From the IMG/VR virus record IMGVR_UViG_3300021387_000062: a DNA stretch of 58,302 bases; one strand, 5' to 3'. Position 1 is the stretch's first letter, and every line of letters begins with the position of its first letter. This document shows, in pieces, positions 18,224 to 28,822 of this stretch. The notes beneath the pieces were generated by a model. The model saw nothing but the letters and a program-made list of their open reading frames with translations. It did not search any database and was not told where the DNA came from. Source of the stretch: an uncultured virus (IMG/VR IMGVR_UViG_3300021387_000062) (Duplodnaviria; Heunggongvirae; Uroviricota; Caudoviricetes). Made by a program: the position numbers and the translations under genes.

Positions 18224-19095
18224 TGGCGGGCATGCAGTCATGATTCAGTCTGCACCAAGCAATCATTCAATCACGCGCATCTTATCGGGGTCGCACAGAT
18301 GTTATTGTACATCTACTCGCGCTTCATAACGTAGACGTTCGGGAGTTCTCTCTCCTCGTGTCCCCTTCCTAAGCATTATTTTCTTCACGGCTTTTTATAC
18401 TTGCCTACAGCCATTTTACATTGGATTCTTCTCATTTCAACTTGGACCTGTGAGAACTTTAGAGATCGGCCAGGGCCAACTCCCCTACTGTTAAACAAAC
18501 CACCTATCCTTTATGGACACTTAATAGAGTGTTGTTGCTTCTATTAAGCCGCTTACGCTTGTTTTACTATACATAATCCAGTTTACTCGATCAAGCCATA
18601 TTTCCCCTATTAGGCGGATTTATTTTTGGCTCATCCCATAAGTCTTTATCATGACCTCAACCTATGGCGACTGACGAAGGGACAGGCTACCACTGCCCGA
18701 GCTGGATTTTTTCTTTCTAATTTAAAGTGAAACTATATAATAGAATCTTTACTTATATTCCTCTTTAATCCCTCGGAAAGGTCAATTTCATCCGCACGAG
18801 AGGTTCGTTTAATGCGTTCGTACATCGATCATTTCTATTATATACCCTAATTCCTCCGCAGAGAAGACCTGGGCGCAAGTCTCGCTAGCTAACTTGGAGG
18901 TTTTACCATCTTTATCGTAGATTATACCTGCCTTGAACGATACGAACATAGCTCATCTTTAGTTTTCACTTTGAAACTACTGAGGTATATGCTATACCAT
19001 TTGAAAAGTCAACTCTATGTTTTGATACCGAGAACCATTAGCGTTTCGACTCGGAGAAAAAAGAGAGATACTTAATGCATCTTTTCTCTCTCACT
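18224..19095 (-). ncRNA. large (about 870 nt) putative structured ncRNA, GOLLD/ROOL-class candidate
   Basis: No long ORF, many hairpins, starts at a strong promoter, ends beside the tRNA cluster; family not confirmed. Confidence 0.5.
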
Positions 19096-19141
19096 TTCTA
19101 TATATATTATACTATAAAATTATGTGAAAATCAAATTTTTT

Positions 19142-19345
19142 TTATTTAAATGTCTCTTTTAAGTCGTCTTCATTCATACAGACTATAGTTTCGTAAAGTT
19201 CAATTCCAATAACACTATCAGAACCATATAAATTTACTATACAATCCGCGGCCCAACCGTAAGAAAGCGCCGCAACTATACCAGAATCAGTTACTGGTTT
19301 GTCCAAATCATTATCAAAATAATTAATTGTGTACTTAAACAACAT
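19142..19345 (-). CDS. hypothetical protein
   Basis: ORF in operon (start uncertain). Confidence 0.5.
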   Translation of the reverse strand: MLFKYTINYFDNDLDKPVTDSGIVAALSYGWAADCIVNLYGSDSVIGIELYETIVCMNEDDLKETFK

Positions 19346-19355
19346 CGGTGCTTTT

Positions 19356-19745
19356 TCAGTAGCTATCATAAAAAATTACCTCCGCATCTGGATGTAGTTT
19401 CATCCAAATTCTAAGCCAGAAAAGGTTTCGCTTCTGTTCTTTAAGGGATGATTTGATCTCGTCAAAATCCCAAATTGAGTCATCCCAATCTTTGGGGTTC
19501 TCCAAATAGTGAATAATAATACGCCAAAGATAAGTAATCTCTTTCATTCCACATTTAAATTCCCACTTATCCGCTGGCCTATTAGGAAAAGCAGTCCGCA
19601 AAAACCAGTTACGGAGTCCCCAGCACTTCCGCCAATAGCATACTTCTACACCATCATTATAATCCTTCTCAAAAGGATATTTGATGAACCGCGGCAAGTC
19701 TTTACGTTTTACACCGCGCACAATCACACCATTGTCCAGGCCCAA
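19356..19745 (-). CDS. hypothetical phage protein
   Basis: MGLD...EVCYWRK...FYDSY pattern; RBS GGAGG. Confidence 0.7.
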   Translation of the reverse strand: MGLDNGVIVRGVKRKDLPRFIKYPFEKDYNDGVEVCYWRKCWGLRNWFLRTAFPNRPADKWEFKCGMKEITYLWRIIIHYLENPKDWDDSIWDFDEIKSSLKEQKRNLFWLRIWMKLHPDAEVIFYDSY

Positions 19746-19748
19746 TTA

Positions 19749-20114
19749 TTACACCTCCTCTGGTTTTCTACCGGCCGACCGCGCTTGTTCATTTGGATTC
19801 GGCTTTTCATCCCATACCTTCCAATACTCAGTAATACATTTATTCATCCATTCACCGAGATGCCAATCAAGATCATAGTTATTAAAATTCTTAATCTCTG
19901 TCGCGCCCGTCTTGGTATCAGTAAATTCCAACCAAACACTAAATTCTGCACCACTCTTATCTTCAAAGGGCCAAAAATATGCCGCATACTGACGAAGTAC
20001 AAACCGGCCATCCCAAAGCCAATCATTCTTGACAAACTGGTTCCATTTTCTTACAACTCTATTTACTTCTCTTTGATACTTCTTACGACTTATAACACTA
20101 TTCTTATCTCGCAG
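19749..20114 (-). CDS. hypothetical protein
   Basis: ORF in operon. Confidence 0.6.
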   Translation of the reverse strand: MRDKNSVISRKKYQREVNRVVRKWNQFVKNDWLWDGRFVLRQYAAYFWPFEDKSGAEFSVWLEFTDTKTGATEIKNFNNYDLDWHLGEWMNKCITEYWKVWDEKPNPNEQARSAGRKPEEV

Positions 20115-20129
20115 CATTAATTTCACCCC

Positions 20130-20606
20130 TCACATCATCTGATACTTCAGAAATATATTGACCAGTCGCTCTACTTCTGAAATATTGTTGTTAATAAAAT
20201 TTACTGCCCATACATTAGCCGCAAATTCATCCGGCATTTCCCAATACTTAAACATTTCTTCCATGGTTGTATCTTCATCAGAGAAAATCCAAAACTTATT
20301 ATAATACATTGCCAGACGTTCAGAGTTACTAAAACTATAAACAGTATTATAATGCCCCAGCTCATGAATAAAAGGAAGAACTCGCCCCAGATCCATCCAT
20401 TCAAGTCCATATTCATACAGAAATTGCTCAAACCACTTATCAATTTCATCAAAACGATCTACACCAATATTAATTACACATTCATCGACATAATTAAAAT
20501 CAATATCTTCACCAGTTGAATAATAAAAATCACTATTCAATTCAACATCAAGACTTGAAAATCCATTGTCACACAGCCACTATACAACTTCAGACTTAAA
20601 GGACAT
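20130..20606 (-). CDS. HEXXH-containing protein (upstream TAG read through)
   Basis: IHELGH...DEFAANVWA; RBS AAGGAG before ATG near 20606. Confidence 0.55.
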
Positions 20607-20662
20607 TTGATTTTCTCCTTTCTCATTTTCTATATATATTATACTATAAAATTAAAAGAAAA

Positions 20663-21205
20663 TCAAATATTAAGTTTCTTTCGTATATCACTTTCAATCT
20701 GATCTATACTTACAGGATATCCATTATGTGCATCTACTTCAATATGATAAATAAGCCCATTATCCCAATGAAGGAATGGATCTTTAGTATGCGAATGGCC
20801 GCAAAGACTTATGACCTTATGACGGTCTTGATAATTTTCTGTAATCTGTGGATAATGTGAAAGTAGATACGTCCAACCATTATAATGTAGGCGGCCGCCG
20901 TAATCAACAGATACAAAGATACCACTATCTTGGTATTTTTGTATGCGTGAAATACTATCATGATTGCCAACAATAATATATTTAAATCCATTGAGTCGCC
21001 GCAGACATTTCAGTCCAAATTCATCATTATTCAGCATACAATCACCAAGAATATAGACTGTATCTTCCCATGTTACAACACTATTAAATTTCTGAATTAG
21101 ATCTTCTGCTTCTTCGTATATATTGCTATATCCACGTGGGCCATAAATAAACTCACGATCATGTCCAAATTGTTAGTGAAAATCTGAAGTAAACCAGATT
21201 CCCAT
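20663..21205 (-). CDS. calcineurin-like metallophosphoesterase with in-frame TAA at codon 11
   Basis: TSDFH*QFGH...LGD...GNHD...SHYP...GHSH. Confidence 0.7.
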
Positions 21206-21211
21206 TATACA

Positions 21212-22141
21212 TCACCTCTTTTTAGGCATAGTAATTGCCTATATTATATCCATACCGTTTTCAATACGTTTATATACTGACTATCTACTAATATTAAAAT
21301 AACGGCACCATTCTGTTACTGTTTTTCGTTCACCATTAATTAATGGATGAGTTTTATTATATGTCTATTTTAGTTCATCTATATCATAATTATTATTAAT
21401 AATATTACCTTGAAAATCTATTTCACGCCAAATATACCCGTTAACATTAGTATAACGACTATCACCTTTAATACATTTTCCAATTGATTGTCGCGAAATA
21501 TTTAATAAATTACTTGCTTCTAAAATAGAATTAAAATATATTTCTTCTTTTTCATCATCTAAGGGAATACCAACTATATATTTAGAACTTTTATATCTTT
21601 TAAACGGTTTAGAAATAATACAATTATTTTCATCAATATCACGAAAATACATATCATTACACGAAGATCTAAATCCTTTACATACCCCTCTTATATCACT
21701 AGCACGCCCGTCAAGATTATTTTTTCGTGCAGCATCATTATATGACGTATATATTTCAATAATATTTTCATTTAAATCAACTTTCGCACACTTTTGTGAT
21801 ATTTTTTCTAATACCATTGCTTTTAATTTTTCATCTAGTAAAGAACAATGAGTATTAAGTGTTTGATTATATCCATTATTTAAAGAATCATATTGAATAA
21901 TCATCTATTTTTCATATTCTTCCATATCATATGCATTATTAAATAATGAAGATAATATTTCAAATTTAAAATTATCAATACCATATTTTCTAAAAGCACG
22001 CTATAATGGATAATTATAACTTGGCGCATTCGGATTCTAAGCAGCATTAATATGCTCTTCCCATCTTTTAATGTAACGAATACTAGAACCAATATATGCT
22101 TTATTATTTATCTAATTAGTAATTTTATATACAACAAACAT
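21212..22141 (-). CDS. GIY-YIG homing endonuclease with NUMOD-like repeats (TAG = Gln)
   Basis: MFVVYKITN*INNKAYIGSS...GYNQT; FNSILEAS...GYIWR. Confidence 0.85.
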
Positions 22142-22230
22142 AAATATCCCTCCTATCGTTATTAATAAGTGGTAAATTTATATCTGATGTACATTTTTTT
22201 AATTAAAATGAAAATCAGATGTAAAATATA

Positions 22231-22737
22231 TCATGAATTATCCACCTTCATAATTGCTGTATATTTATACGGATCACGATAAGGATCACTTAAAGCTTTA
22301 AACATCTTCCTAAGTGCATCTTCTGGTACACAAGCGCGCCCGCTACGTTCTTCGTTACGTGCTACTATAGTTTCATAATCACTGTATACCACAACTGGAA
22401 TAATATTAATTTCCTCTTCTTTCCAACGAAAGCCCATATAATACTTAATAGCATTAAGAAGTTTCTTCCGAGAACCCCAACTCAAATGAGTTGCATCCGC
22501 GACAATATTATATACTCCTTCTTCATAAAAACCGCGTACAATTTTACTAATAAACAAATCAAATACTTCATCTTCTCTACTAAAATAATCGTCTTCATCT
22601 TTTAAGAGAGAAAAACGTACTTCATCTCGTGAAACATAATACCACCCCGGCCCATTACATAATTTATGTTTTGCAAACCAAGTTTTCCCCGAGCCGGGTG
22701 CTCCACACATAATCCAAAGAGTTTTGTTATCCATCAA
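22231..22737 (-). CDS. P-loop polynucleotide-kinase-like (AAA_33) protein
   Basis: GAPGSGKT, SRDEVR, DATH, RNEER. Confidence 0.8.
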   Translation of the reverse strand: MMDNKTLWIMCGAPGSGKTWFAKHKLCNGPGWYYVSRDEVRFSLLKDEDDYFSREDEVFDLFISKIVRGFYEEGVYNIVADATHLSWGSRKKLLNAIKYYMGFRWKEEEINIIPVVVYSDYETIVARNEERSGRACVPEDALRKMFKALSDPYRDPYKYTAIMKVDNS

Positions 22738-22909
22738 ATCTTAAATCCTTTCCTTGACATTCAAAACAAGCTTCACTATATGCAACATCACAATAACCAC
22801 ATTCAAAAGGGCAAAATGGCTCTTTTTCTTCATTAGGAATTGATTTAAGCCATTTATTAAATTCTTCATATGTCATAACTTCTATCAATAATCCTTTCAA
22901 GTTCTCCCT

Positions 22910-23230
22910 TCAATCAACGCATGAAAGTACATAATTGTGAGGCATATAAGACTTTTGATTAGGAAAGAAAGATTTATATTCATCAATCATCTTCATCAAC
23001 TCTCCATGAGGATAAGGCGTCACAGGTCGTACCATGAAATATTCACTAGGATCTGCGTGCCAAATTATAAGACCAAAGAAATAAGTAGAGTTATCAGGGT
23101 CCCACCCATCAATCGCAAACGCATAATCAGATTCCTGAAACCGTTTGAATTTCTCTTCTGGAAATTCACGATATTCCTGACGCTGAACAATGAAGCCATA
23201 ACCCAACCTGGAACTATAATGAACAGACAT
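22910..23230 (-). CDS. hypothetical protein
   Basis: ORF behind promoter and RBS. Confidence 0.6.
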   Translation of the reverse strand: MSVHYSSRLGYGFIVQRQEYREFPEEKFKRFQESDYAFAIDGWDPDNSTYFFGLIIWHADPSEYFMVRPVTPYPHGELMKMIDEYKSFFPNQKSYMPHNYVLSCVD

Positions 23231-23370
23231 CAATTAATACTCCCTTTCTTTATTTTCTATATATATTATAATATAAAAATAGAGAAAAGTCAAATTACTT
23301 TTCTCTATCCTTATATACAATTGCCATTAAAACTATTCCGATCCAAAAGCAATCACAGAATATCTAATAA

Positions 23371-24624
23371 TTACCCATGATATTTCAGCAGAAAGCTATT
23401 GCTAACAGCTTTGAAAGATCGAGTTCCATCAACGCTTCTCAGCACAAGGCCTTCACGAGGCAGATCATCAATCATCGACTTGCCTTCTGCAAGAGTAAGA
23501 ATCTTATCCAGACGAGTCTCTCCATTCAGCTGATCAAGCTGATTAAAAGAGAATGAAGATTCAACTACTGGTACGCAAGGAACATTAAATCCATTTTCCA
23601 GAAGATTCTTCATCGCATTACTATTCCATCTGCCTTTATCAGAAGTAATAAGATTAAATGCGGCAAAGTCATGCCCAGTAAGACTATAATCTCTTTTCTG
23701 CACACCAGCGCCATAAGTTTCCCCTTGAATAGTAACCCAATTAGCGTTAGGCATCCGTTCAAGAAGCTCATTCAACACTTTAAACATGTCATACTTCTGC
23801 GCCATTTCCCAATAAATATTGGTGTCATAGTAACAAGGTTTATCAACGCTATCAAAGCATACATTACGAGAGCATACATAAAACTCATTTTTACGGCGGC
23901 CGCGCTTCATAGTGAAAGTGGTAGAACTACCATCAATTTTTTCAGTGATAATCCATTCCCCTTCATCTTCCAGAATCCAAGGCATATTCTGAACACGCTC
24001 TTCATCGGTCTTTACGACCCACTCAGGCCAGCCATTCTTTTTGTCTTTCTTCTTGCCGAAGAATACAAACATGAGTTTACGGCCCCACTCGCGCTTCATC
24101 AGCCAGCGCGCCCAAGACTTCTTAAAGATATTAGGATGCCGCTGAGCCATTTTCTTATACTTATCCACAGAAGGAGCCTTGCGCTGATTATCCTCTGCGT
24201 CTGCATAGGTTACACCAAGCTCTTTGGTAAGAAAACGAGACTCACCATTAGCATAATGACACTCTCCCTTATTGTCCTTAATATAAGGAATATTTCCAGA
24301 AGAATCATTAGTATCATATCCAATACTCCATCCGAAATCTTCTGCGTGCATAAGAAGACCCTGAGAAATTACCTTACACATACGAAGTGTTTTTACCTTA
24401 TAGTTTCGCTTTGCAAGAAACGCAAAACATTCCTTATCATACGAAACCTGGGAGTCAATCTCAAAATAAATCGCAGGATCGCCAACGTTAAACTGGCCCT
24501 TCTGAACAATCACCCACCAGCCACCAACACGGGCATGCTCAACACGATCATAATTAGGAATAGGACGAATTTCATCAATAGTCACTACATAACAGAGTTC
24601 CCTCTGATTTTCCTTATTAAGCAT
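23371..24624 (-). CDS. ATP-dependent RNA ligase (DRB0094/Rnl-like)
   Basis: KTDEERVQN, EKIDGSS (motif I), QGETYG, EGLV, FKAVS. Confidence 0.88.
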   Translation of the reverse strand: MLNKENQRELCYVVTIDEIRPIPNYDRVEHARVGGWWVIVQKGQFNVGDPAIYFEIDSQVSYDKECFAFLAKRNYKVKTLRMCKVISQGLLMHAEDFGWSIGYDTNDSSGNIPYIKDNKGECHYANGESRFLTKELGVTYADAEDNQRKAPSVDKYKKMAQRHPNIFKKSWARWLMKREWGRKLMFVFFGKKKDKKNGWPEWVVKTDEERVQNMPWILEDEGEWIITEKIDGSSTTFTMKRGRRKNEFYVCSRNVCFDSVDKPCYYDTNIYWEMAQKYDMFKVLNELLERMPNANWVTIQGETYGAGVQKRDYSLTGHDFAAFNLITSDKGRWNSNAMKNLLENGFNVPCVPVVESSFSFNQLDQLNGETRLDKILTLAEGKSMIDDLPREGLVLRSVDGTRSFKAVSNSFLLKYHG

Positions 24625-24673
24625 TTACTATTCTCCTTTCTTATTTTCTATATCTATTATACTATAAAATTAC

Positions 24674-25444
24674 TTATTTATCAAATTTTTCAATGGACTT
24701 CCACATCACTTGCATTACAATTTGTTCTACTTTATACTGCGTCCATTTATCTTCTTTATTATTCATAGAGATAAAACTATCATTATGATTACGACATTTT
24801 TGAATACAATTATATGCAATCATTTCTAAAGTTTCTTTTGAAAATTCATTATTTTTAATTGCAAGTAAAAAATCTCGGTTATCTGTAACAAGGCATTCTT
24901 CAAAACTTTTATCTTTACGATATTTATCCATGCATTCTTCAATGCGCGCAAGTTGATAAACCCATTTACTAAAATGGTTTTCTTCGCTACGATTTACAGT
25001 AAGTTTATAATTGCGATCAGCCATACCAAGGAGCGCACGCATCGTATTATTAGGATTACAACGTGCAATATCTTCGCGCATACGCATTAGAATATGGATT
25101 TCTTCTCCATAATATCCAGTATTTAAATCTCCCCAATTAGAAAAAAGAGTTTCAAGAAACTGAGGATTTCCTTTAACAAGACTTTTCATATAATTACGAA
25201 TATCACAGCAATCAATATGCTCCTCATTAGGGAGAAGATGAGTATATGCTTCACATTTATTTTCAACAATATTGCGAAGAGTAGGGATAAAAATGGCTTT
25301 AGTATCTATATCACTATATTCATCAGCACAATTATAATTCCAACTACCAACTGGTACAAGCATAAATTGCTGAAAAGGTTGAAATGTCATATTATAAAAA
25401 AGATAATGTTCTCTAATATTTGGATACATTTTATTTACTGACAT
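24674..25444 (-). CDS. Pol-beta-like nucleotidyltransferase
   Basis: GSWNY...SDIDTK; GNPQFLETL. Confidence 0.75.
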   Translation of the reverse strand: MSVNKMYPNIREHYLFYNMTFQPFQQFMLVPVGSWNYNCADEYSDIDTKAIFIPTLRNIVENKCEAYTHLLPNEEHIDCCDIRNYMKSLVKGNPQFLETLFSNWGDLNTGYYGEEIHILMRMREDIARCNPNNTMRALLGMADRNYKLTVNRSEENHFSKWVYQLARIEECMDKYRKDKSFEECLVTDNRDFLLAIKNNEFSKETLEMIAYNCIQKCRNHNDSFISMNNKEDKWTQYKVEQIVMQVMWKSIEKFDK

Positions 25445-25997
25445 TTCTTTTCTCCTTTCTTTCTGTTGCTTTATCAATCGTAGAACGGTGCAATGGTATA
25501 ACCTCTTTGAGCCGGCCGCTCTTTATAAACTGATTAAAGTTTACAGGCATATAATGAATTACATCACTACATACACAAAGATGGCCAGAGCGATCAAAGG
25601 TACTTATATGAGTGTGCCCATGAATATTAAAAGCCCAACTAATAGCTAGCGGTTCATGAGACAAAATAATACGTTCTCCAATCATGAGCGGGCCGCCATA
25701 TACTTCTTCAAATACGTCTTCATAATTAGAAAGACCGCTATCATGATTTCCTTTAATAAGAATCTTATGTCCTCTAAGTCTTCGCGCGCACTCAATATCT
25801 CCAACATCTCCAAGAAGAATTAGATGATCCTTGCGGCCGACCTTAGAGTTAATTAGTTTGATTTGTTCTTCGGCAGAAGGGCGGTTTGGAAATGGCACAC
25901 GAAGATCTTTATCTTCATTAAAATGGGTGTCACTGTAAAGCCAAACCGTACCCTCTCTATGCCAATGTTCAAAACATTTATAAAGTCCTTCAATCAT
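25431..25997 (-). CDS. calcineurin-like metallophosphoesterase
   Basis: SDTHF, LGDVG, GNHD, SHEP, HGHTH. Confidence 0.85.
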   Translation of the reverse strand: MIEGLYKCFEHWHREGTVWLYSDTHFNEDKDLRVPFPNRPSAEEQIKLINSKVGRKDHLILLGDVGDIECARRLRGHKILIKGNHDSGLSNYEDVFEEVYGGPLMIGERIILSHEPLAISWAFNIHGHTHISTFDRSGHLCVCSDVIHYMPVNFNQFIKSGRLKEVIPLHRSTIDKATERKEKRNVSK

Positions 25998-26366
25998 TTA
26001 CTTTCTCCTATACCACTTAGCCCAATACTGTTCCATATCTTCTCTTGTTTCATAATCATCCCAAGTATGCCACCATTTATCTCCATATTCCCAATATCGC
26101 CAATGTGGATGCTCCCATTCATGAATTGCTTCTGCTTTAGTCCAACGACTAATATAGTCATGTATATCATAAGAGCAAAAAAATTTCTTGTATGACATAC
26201 CGTCAAGAGTTAGAATGTCTCTATATCTAGAATCACGAGTTAAATATCCAAGAGTTATCCGTTTATTGCAGCGGCGCACACAACGATTAGCAATTTGTTT
26301 TGTTTCCTTTGTAGTGCGGCGATGGCCATCGGTACAATATGGATTCTTTTTATATGAACGAGACAC
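25998..26366 (-). CDS. hypothetical protein
   Basis: RBS AAGGAGG, GTG start. Confidence 0.65.
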   Translation of the reverse strand: MSRSYKKNPYCTDGHRRTTKETKQIANRCVRRCNKRITLGYLTRDSRYRDILTLDGMSYKKFFCSYDIHDYISRWTKAEAIHEWEHPHWRYWEYGDKWWHTWDDYETREDMEQYWAKWYRRK

Positions 26367-26806
26367 ACCGCAGCCTCCTTAAAATTTAATTTATTTTTTA
26401 TCCTCTTGTTTCAACCAATCAAGCCAGCACTTTTTACATCCATTATCTTTACACTCTACTTTATTGTCAAAAATATGCACACACGTAGATAGATAAAGTC
26501 TTTGTGCCAGTTCCTCATCCGTCATCACTCTGATGCGGTCTGCGTTGGTGATAGGCTTGGCCTTAAACAATGAGCAAATAATTTCTTCCGGGCTAGCCCG
26601 ATGACAAATGACCAACCGCTCACAATTATGACAGTTCGCCATCATTTATCCCTCCGTTATAAGACAAATAGCCACGGCAATGATAATAGCAAAAAGAAAA
26701 CCCAGCGCCCAAGTAATTAGTGCTGTTTTAACACCGTAGGCCACACAACTTGCTCCAATTAAAAGCGCATACGCAAGAATGAGAATGATGATTCCAATAA
26801 TCCTCT

Positions 26807-27115
26807 TCATGCGCTGACCTCCGCACTTGCTGGAATAACAGTAGGTGCGTCTTTTACTCCTGATAGCATTGCCCTAATATAAATTTTCTCATTTCTTAAG
26901 AAGCCGTGTTCATGTGTTAAGTACCACTCATTAAGATGATCATACAGCTCGTCAAGATCGCCAAGCCGCCCATGCGGCTCAGGGACGGGGATAACGGTTC
27001 CAAGTGGTTTCGGATTCCCGTATCCAGAAAATTGAAAAACCCGACCATCCGCAAAGATCATAATATTTTTCATATCGTCTGTCGGCATCTCCATGCCTTC
27101 AATTAAGATACTCAT
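26807..27115 (-). CDS. hypothetical phage protein (PHGRLxD type)
   Basis: MSILIEGMEMP...PHGRLGD...APTVIPA. Confidence 0.6.
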   Translation of the reverse strand: MSILIEGMEMPTDDMKNIMIFADGRVFQFSGYGNPKPLGTVIPVPEPHGRLGDLDELYDHLNEWYLTHEHGFLRNEKIYIRAMLSGVKDAPTVIPASAEVSA

Positions 27116-27319
27116 ACTCATTCCTCCTTCGGCTCTCTGAGCTTTCTTCCGCATATCGGGCAGAAGTTGATTGGTACATCCTTGTGCCACCCGCAAGCTT
27201 TTAAAGCTAGTGAATAGCCACCTACCCCAAAGAAGATAAACGCATGCCCGTTCTTCTCAATTGGCATCACGAACCCGTCCCTATCTTCATGGCAGTATGT
27301 ACAGTTCATGTTTCCTCCT

Positions 27320-27514
27320 TTAATCAATTACACTCTCACAAACTGGACAATAAAATGTGCCATAATACGGATGTCCCATAAAATAGTCTTCTTCTTGCCA
27401 ATCGCACTTGTAGATCGGCTCACCACACTCGGGACACTCAAAGAACTCTTCATCCCAGTCAACATGACCACCATAATTTACTTCAATCAGATGCGCCATT
27501 TTCTCCCAAGCCAT
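27320..27514 (-). CDS. Zn-ribbon hypothetical protein
   Basis: CPECG...CPVC; promoter and RBS. Confidence 0.65.
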   Translation of the reverse strand: MAWEKMAHLIEVNYGGHVDWDEEFFECPECGEPIYKCDWQEEDYFMGHPYYGTFYCPVCESVID

Positions 27515-27596
27515 TTTATTGTCCCCTTTCTTATTTTCTATATATATTATACCAAAAAATTTTTAAAAAGTCAAATATAAAATAAAAAGAGAACGC

Positions 27597-28322
27597 TTAA
27601 GCGTTCTCTCTATTGCGTTCTCTCTGAAGTCGTGTCCAACGAATAACACCAACAATTGCCATAATCAGATAAATACTCTTCTTCGTTAGATATACTGCAT
27701 CAAAATGCATAATATACATAGCAACAGCAATTACGTCTTGTACAATCCACAGCCAGTACTGCTCTCTATATCTTAGCATCTCAAGACCAGTTGCAATAAT
27801 ACCAATCGACACAGTAAATGCATCAAGCCAAGGAACCGTACCACCAACTCGTACAAGAATTGCATGATACACACAAGCGGCCACAATTACAATCGCGCCG
27901 GCGCCAACATCTTGAAGCCAAGTAAGCTTCTTTGCCATAGTCTTCTCAGACTCAACTTGATCTCGATGCTTCGCCCAAATAATCCAACCAACAATATTAA
28001 AAGGAAGATAAATCAGTAGTTCAAGACAAAATGTACCATAGATCTTATGATACCACAAAAATACCATATATACAAACGTATTTACAAGACCAAAAGCAAA
28101 ATTACTAATATTTGCACTTGCACAGAAAAAGATACAAAATACGCCACAAATTGCACTTACAAAATTAATTACAGTCAGCCAAGGTGGATTACTACCGCCA
28201 CCAGACCCACCAGTAAAAGCACTAACCATTGCCCAACCAGCAATAGCAATCATTATAATTGCCATTAGCCATTCATACCACTTCATCTGTTTAAAAGATT
28301 TCTTGAGATTTTCAATATTCAT
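27597..28322 (-). CDS. pnuC: PnuC-family nicotinamide riboside transporter
   Basis: Multiple TM helices, PWLDAFT, REQYWLWIVQD. Confidence 0.85.
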   Translation of the reverse strand: MNIENLKKSFKQMKWYEWLMAIIMIAIAGWAMVSAFTGGSGGGSNPPWLTVINFVSAICGVFCIFFCASANISNFAFGLVNTFVYMVFLWYHKIYGTFCLELLIYLPFNIVGWIIWAKHRDQVESEKTMAKKLTWLQDVGAGAIVIVAACVYHAILVRVGGTVPWLDAFTVSIGIIATGLEMLRYREQYWLWIVQDVIAVAMYIMHFDAVYLTKKSIYLIMAIVGVIRWTRLQRERNRENA

Positions 28323-28324
28323 AA

Positions 28325-28822
28325 TCACACCATCCATTTCTTTCTTTCTTCTTTAGTCATATTTCTTACCATAGTGGCACTAATATTAAGTTCTTTTCTT
28401 TCTGGATCAAGACACCGATAAACAGCATCAGGATAAGCTCGCTTGAAGTAAGGTGCATAACTTGGTTCACTCCCATATACTGCGTCCAAATGTCCACAAC
28501 GTGCAAGCACAAGAGGGGTTTCAGCATCCCAATCTTCTGAGCCATCAGCAAGCTTACAATTGCTTACGTCAATAACTTCTACAAGTACATTATCATATAG
28601 GGCGGCCGCGCGACAGCATTGAGTAAGACGATTCTCAATATCTAAATCTTCATCACCTGACATATCACGAGCGATTTGCTCTTCTTGGTCGCCGCCGATA
28701 AACATTATAAGATATACTAATTCACATTCACACGCGGCCGTGTCAAGACATTTTAGATGCCCCTTATGCATTGGCATAAACTTGCCACCATACATTCCAA
28801 CTTTATATTTCTTTTCACTCAT
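28325..28822 (-). CDS. NadR-like NMN adenylyltransferase (cytidylyltransferase family)
   Basis: GGKFMPMHKGH, SEPSY, NISATMVR; adjacent to pnuC. Confidence 0.8.
   Translation of the reverse strand: MSEKKYKVGMYGGKFMPMHKGHLKCLDTAACECELVYLIMFIGGDQEEQIARDMSGDEDLDIENRLTQCCRAAALYDNVLVEVIDVSNCKLADGSEDWDAETPLVLARCGHLDAVYGSEPSYAPYFKRAYPDAVYRCLDPERKELNISATMVRNMTKEERKKWMV

Noticed and set aside
15295..18329. + strand ORFs across the tRNA cluster
   Set aside because: They are reverse complements of tRNA and ncRNA genes.
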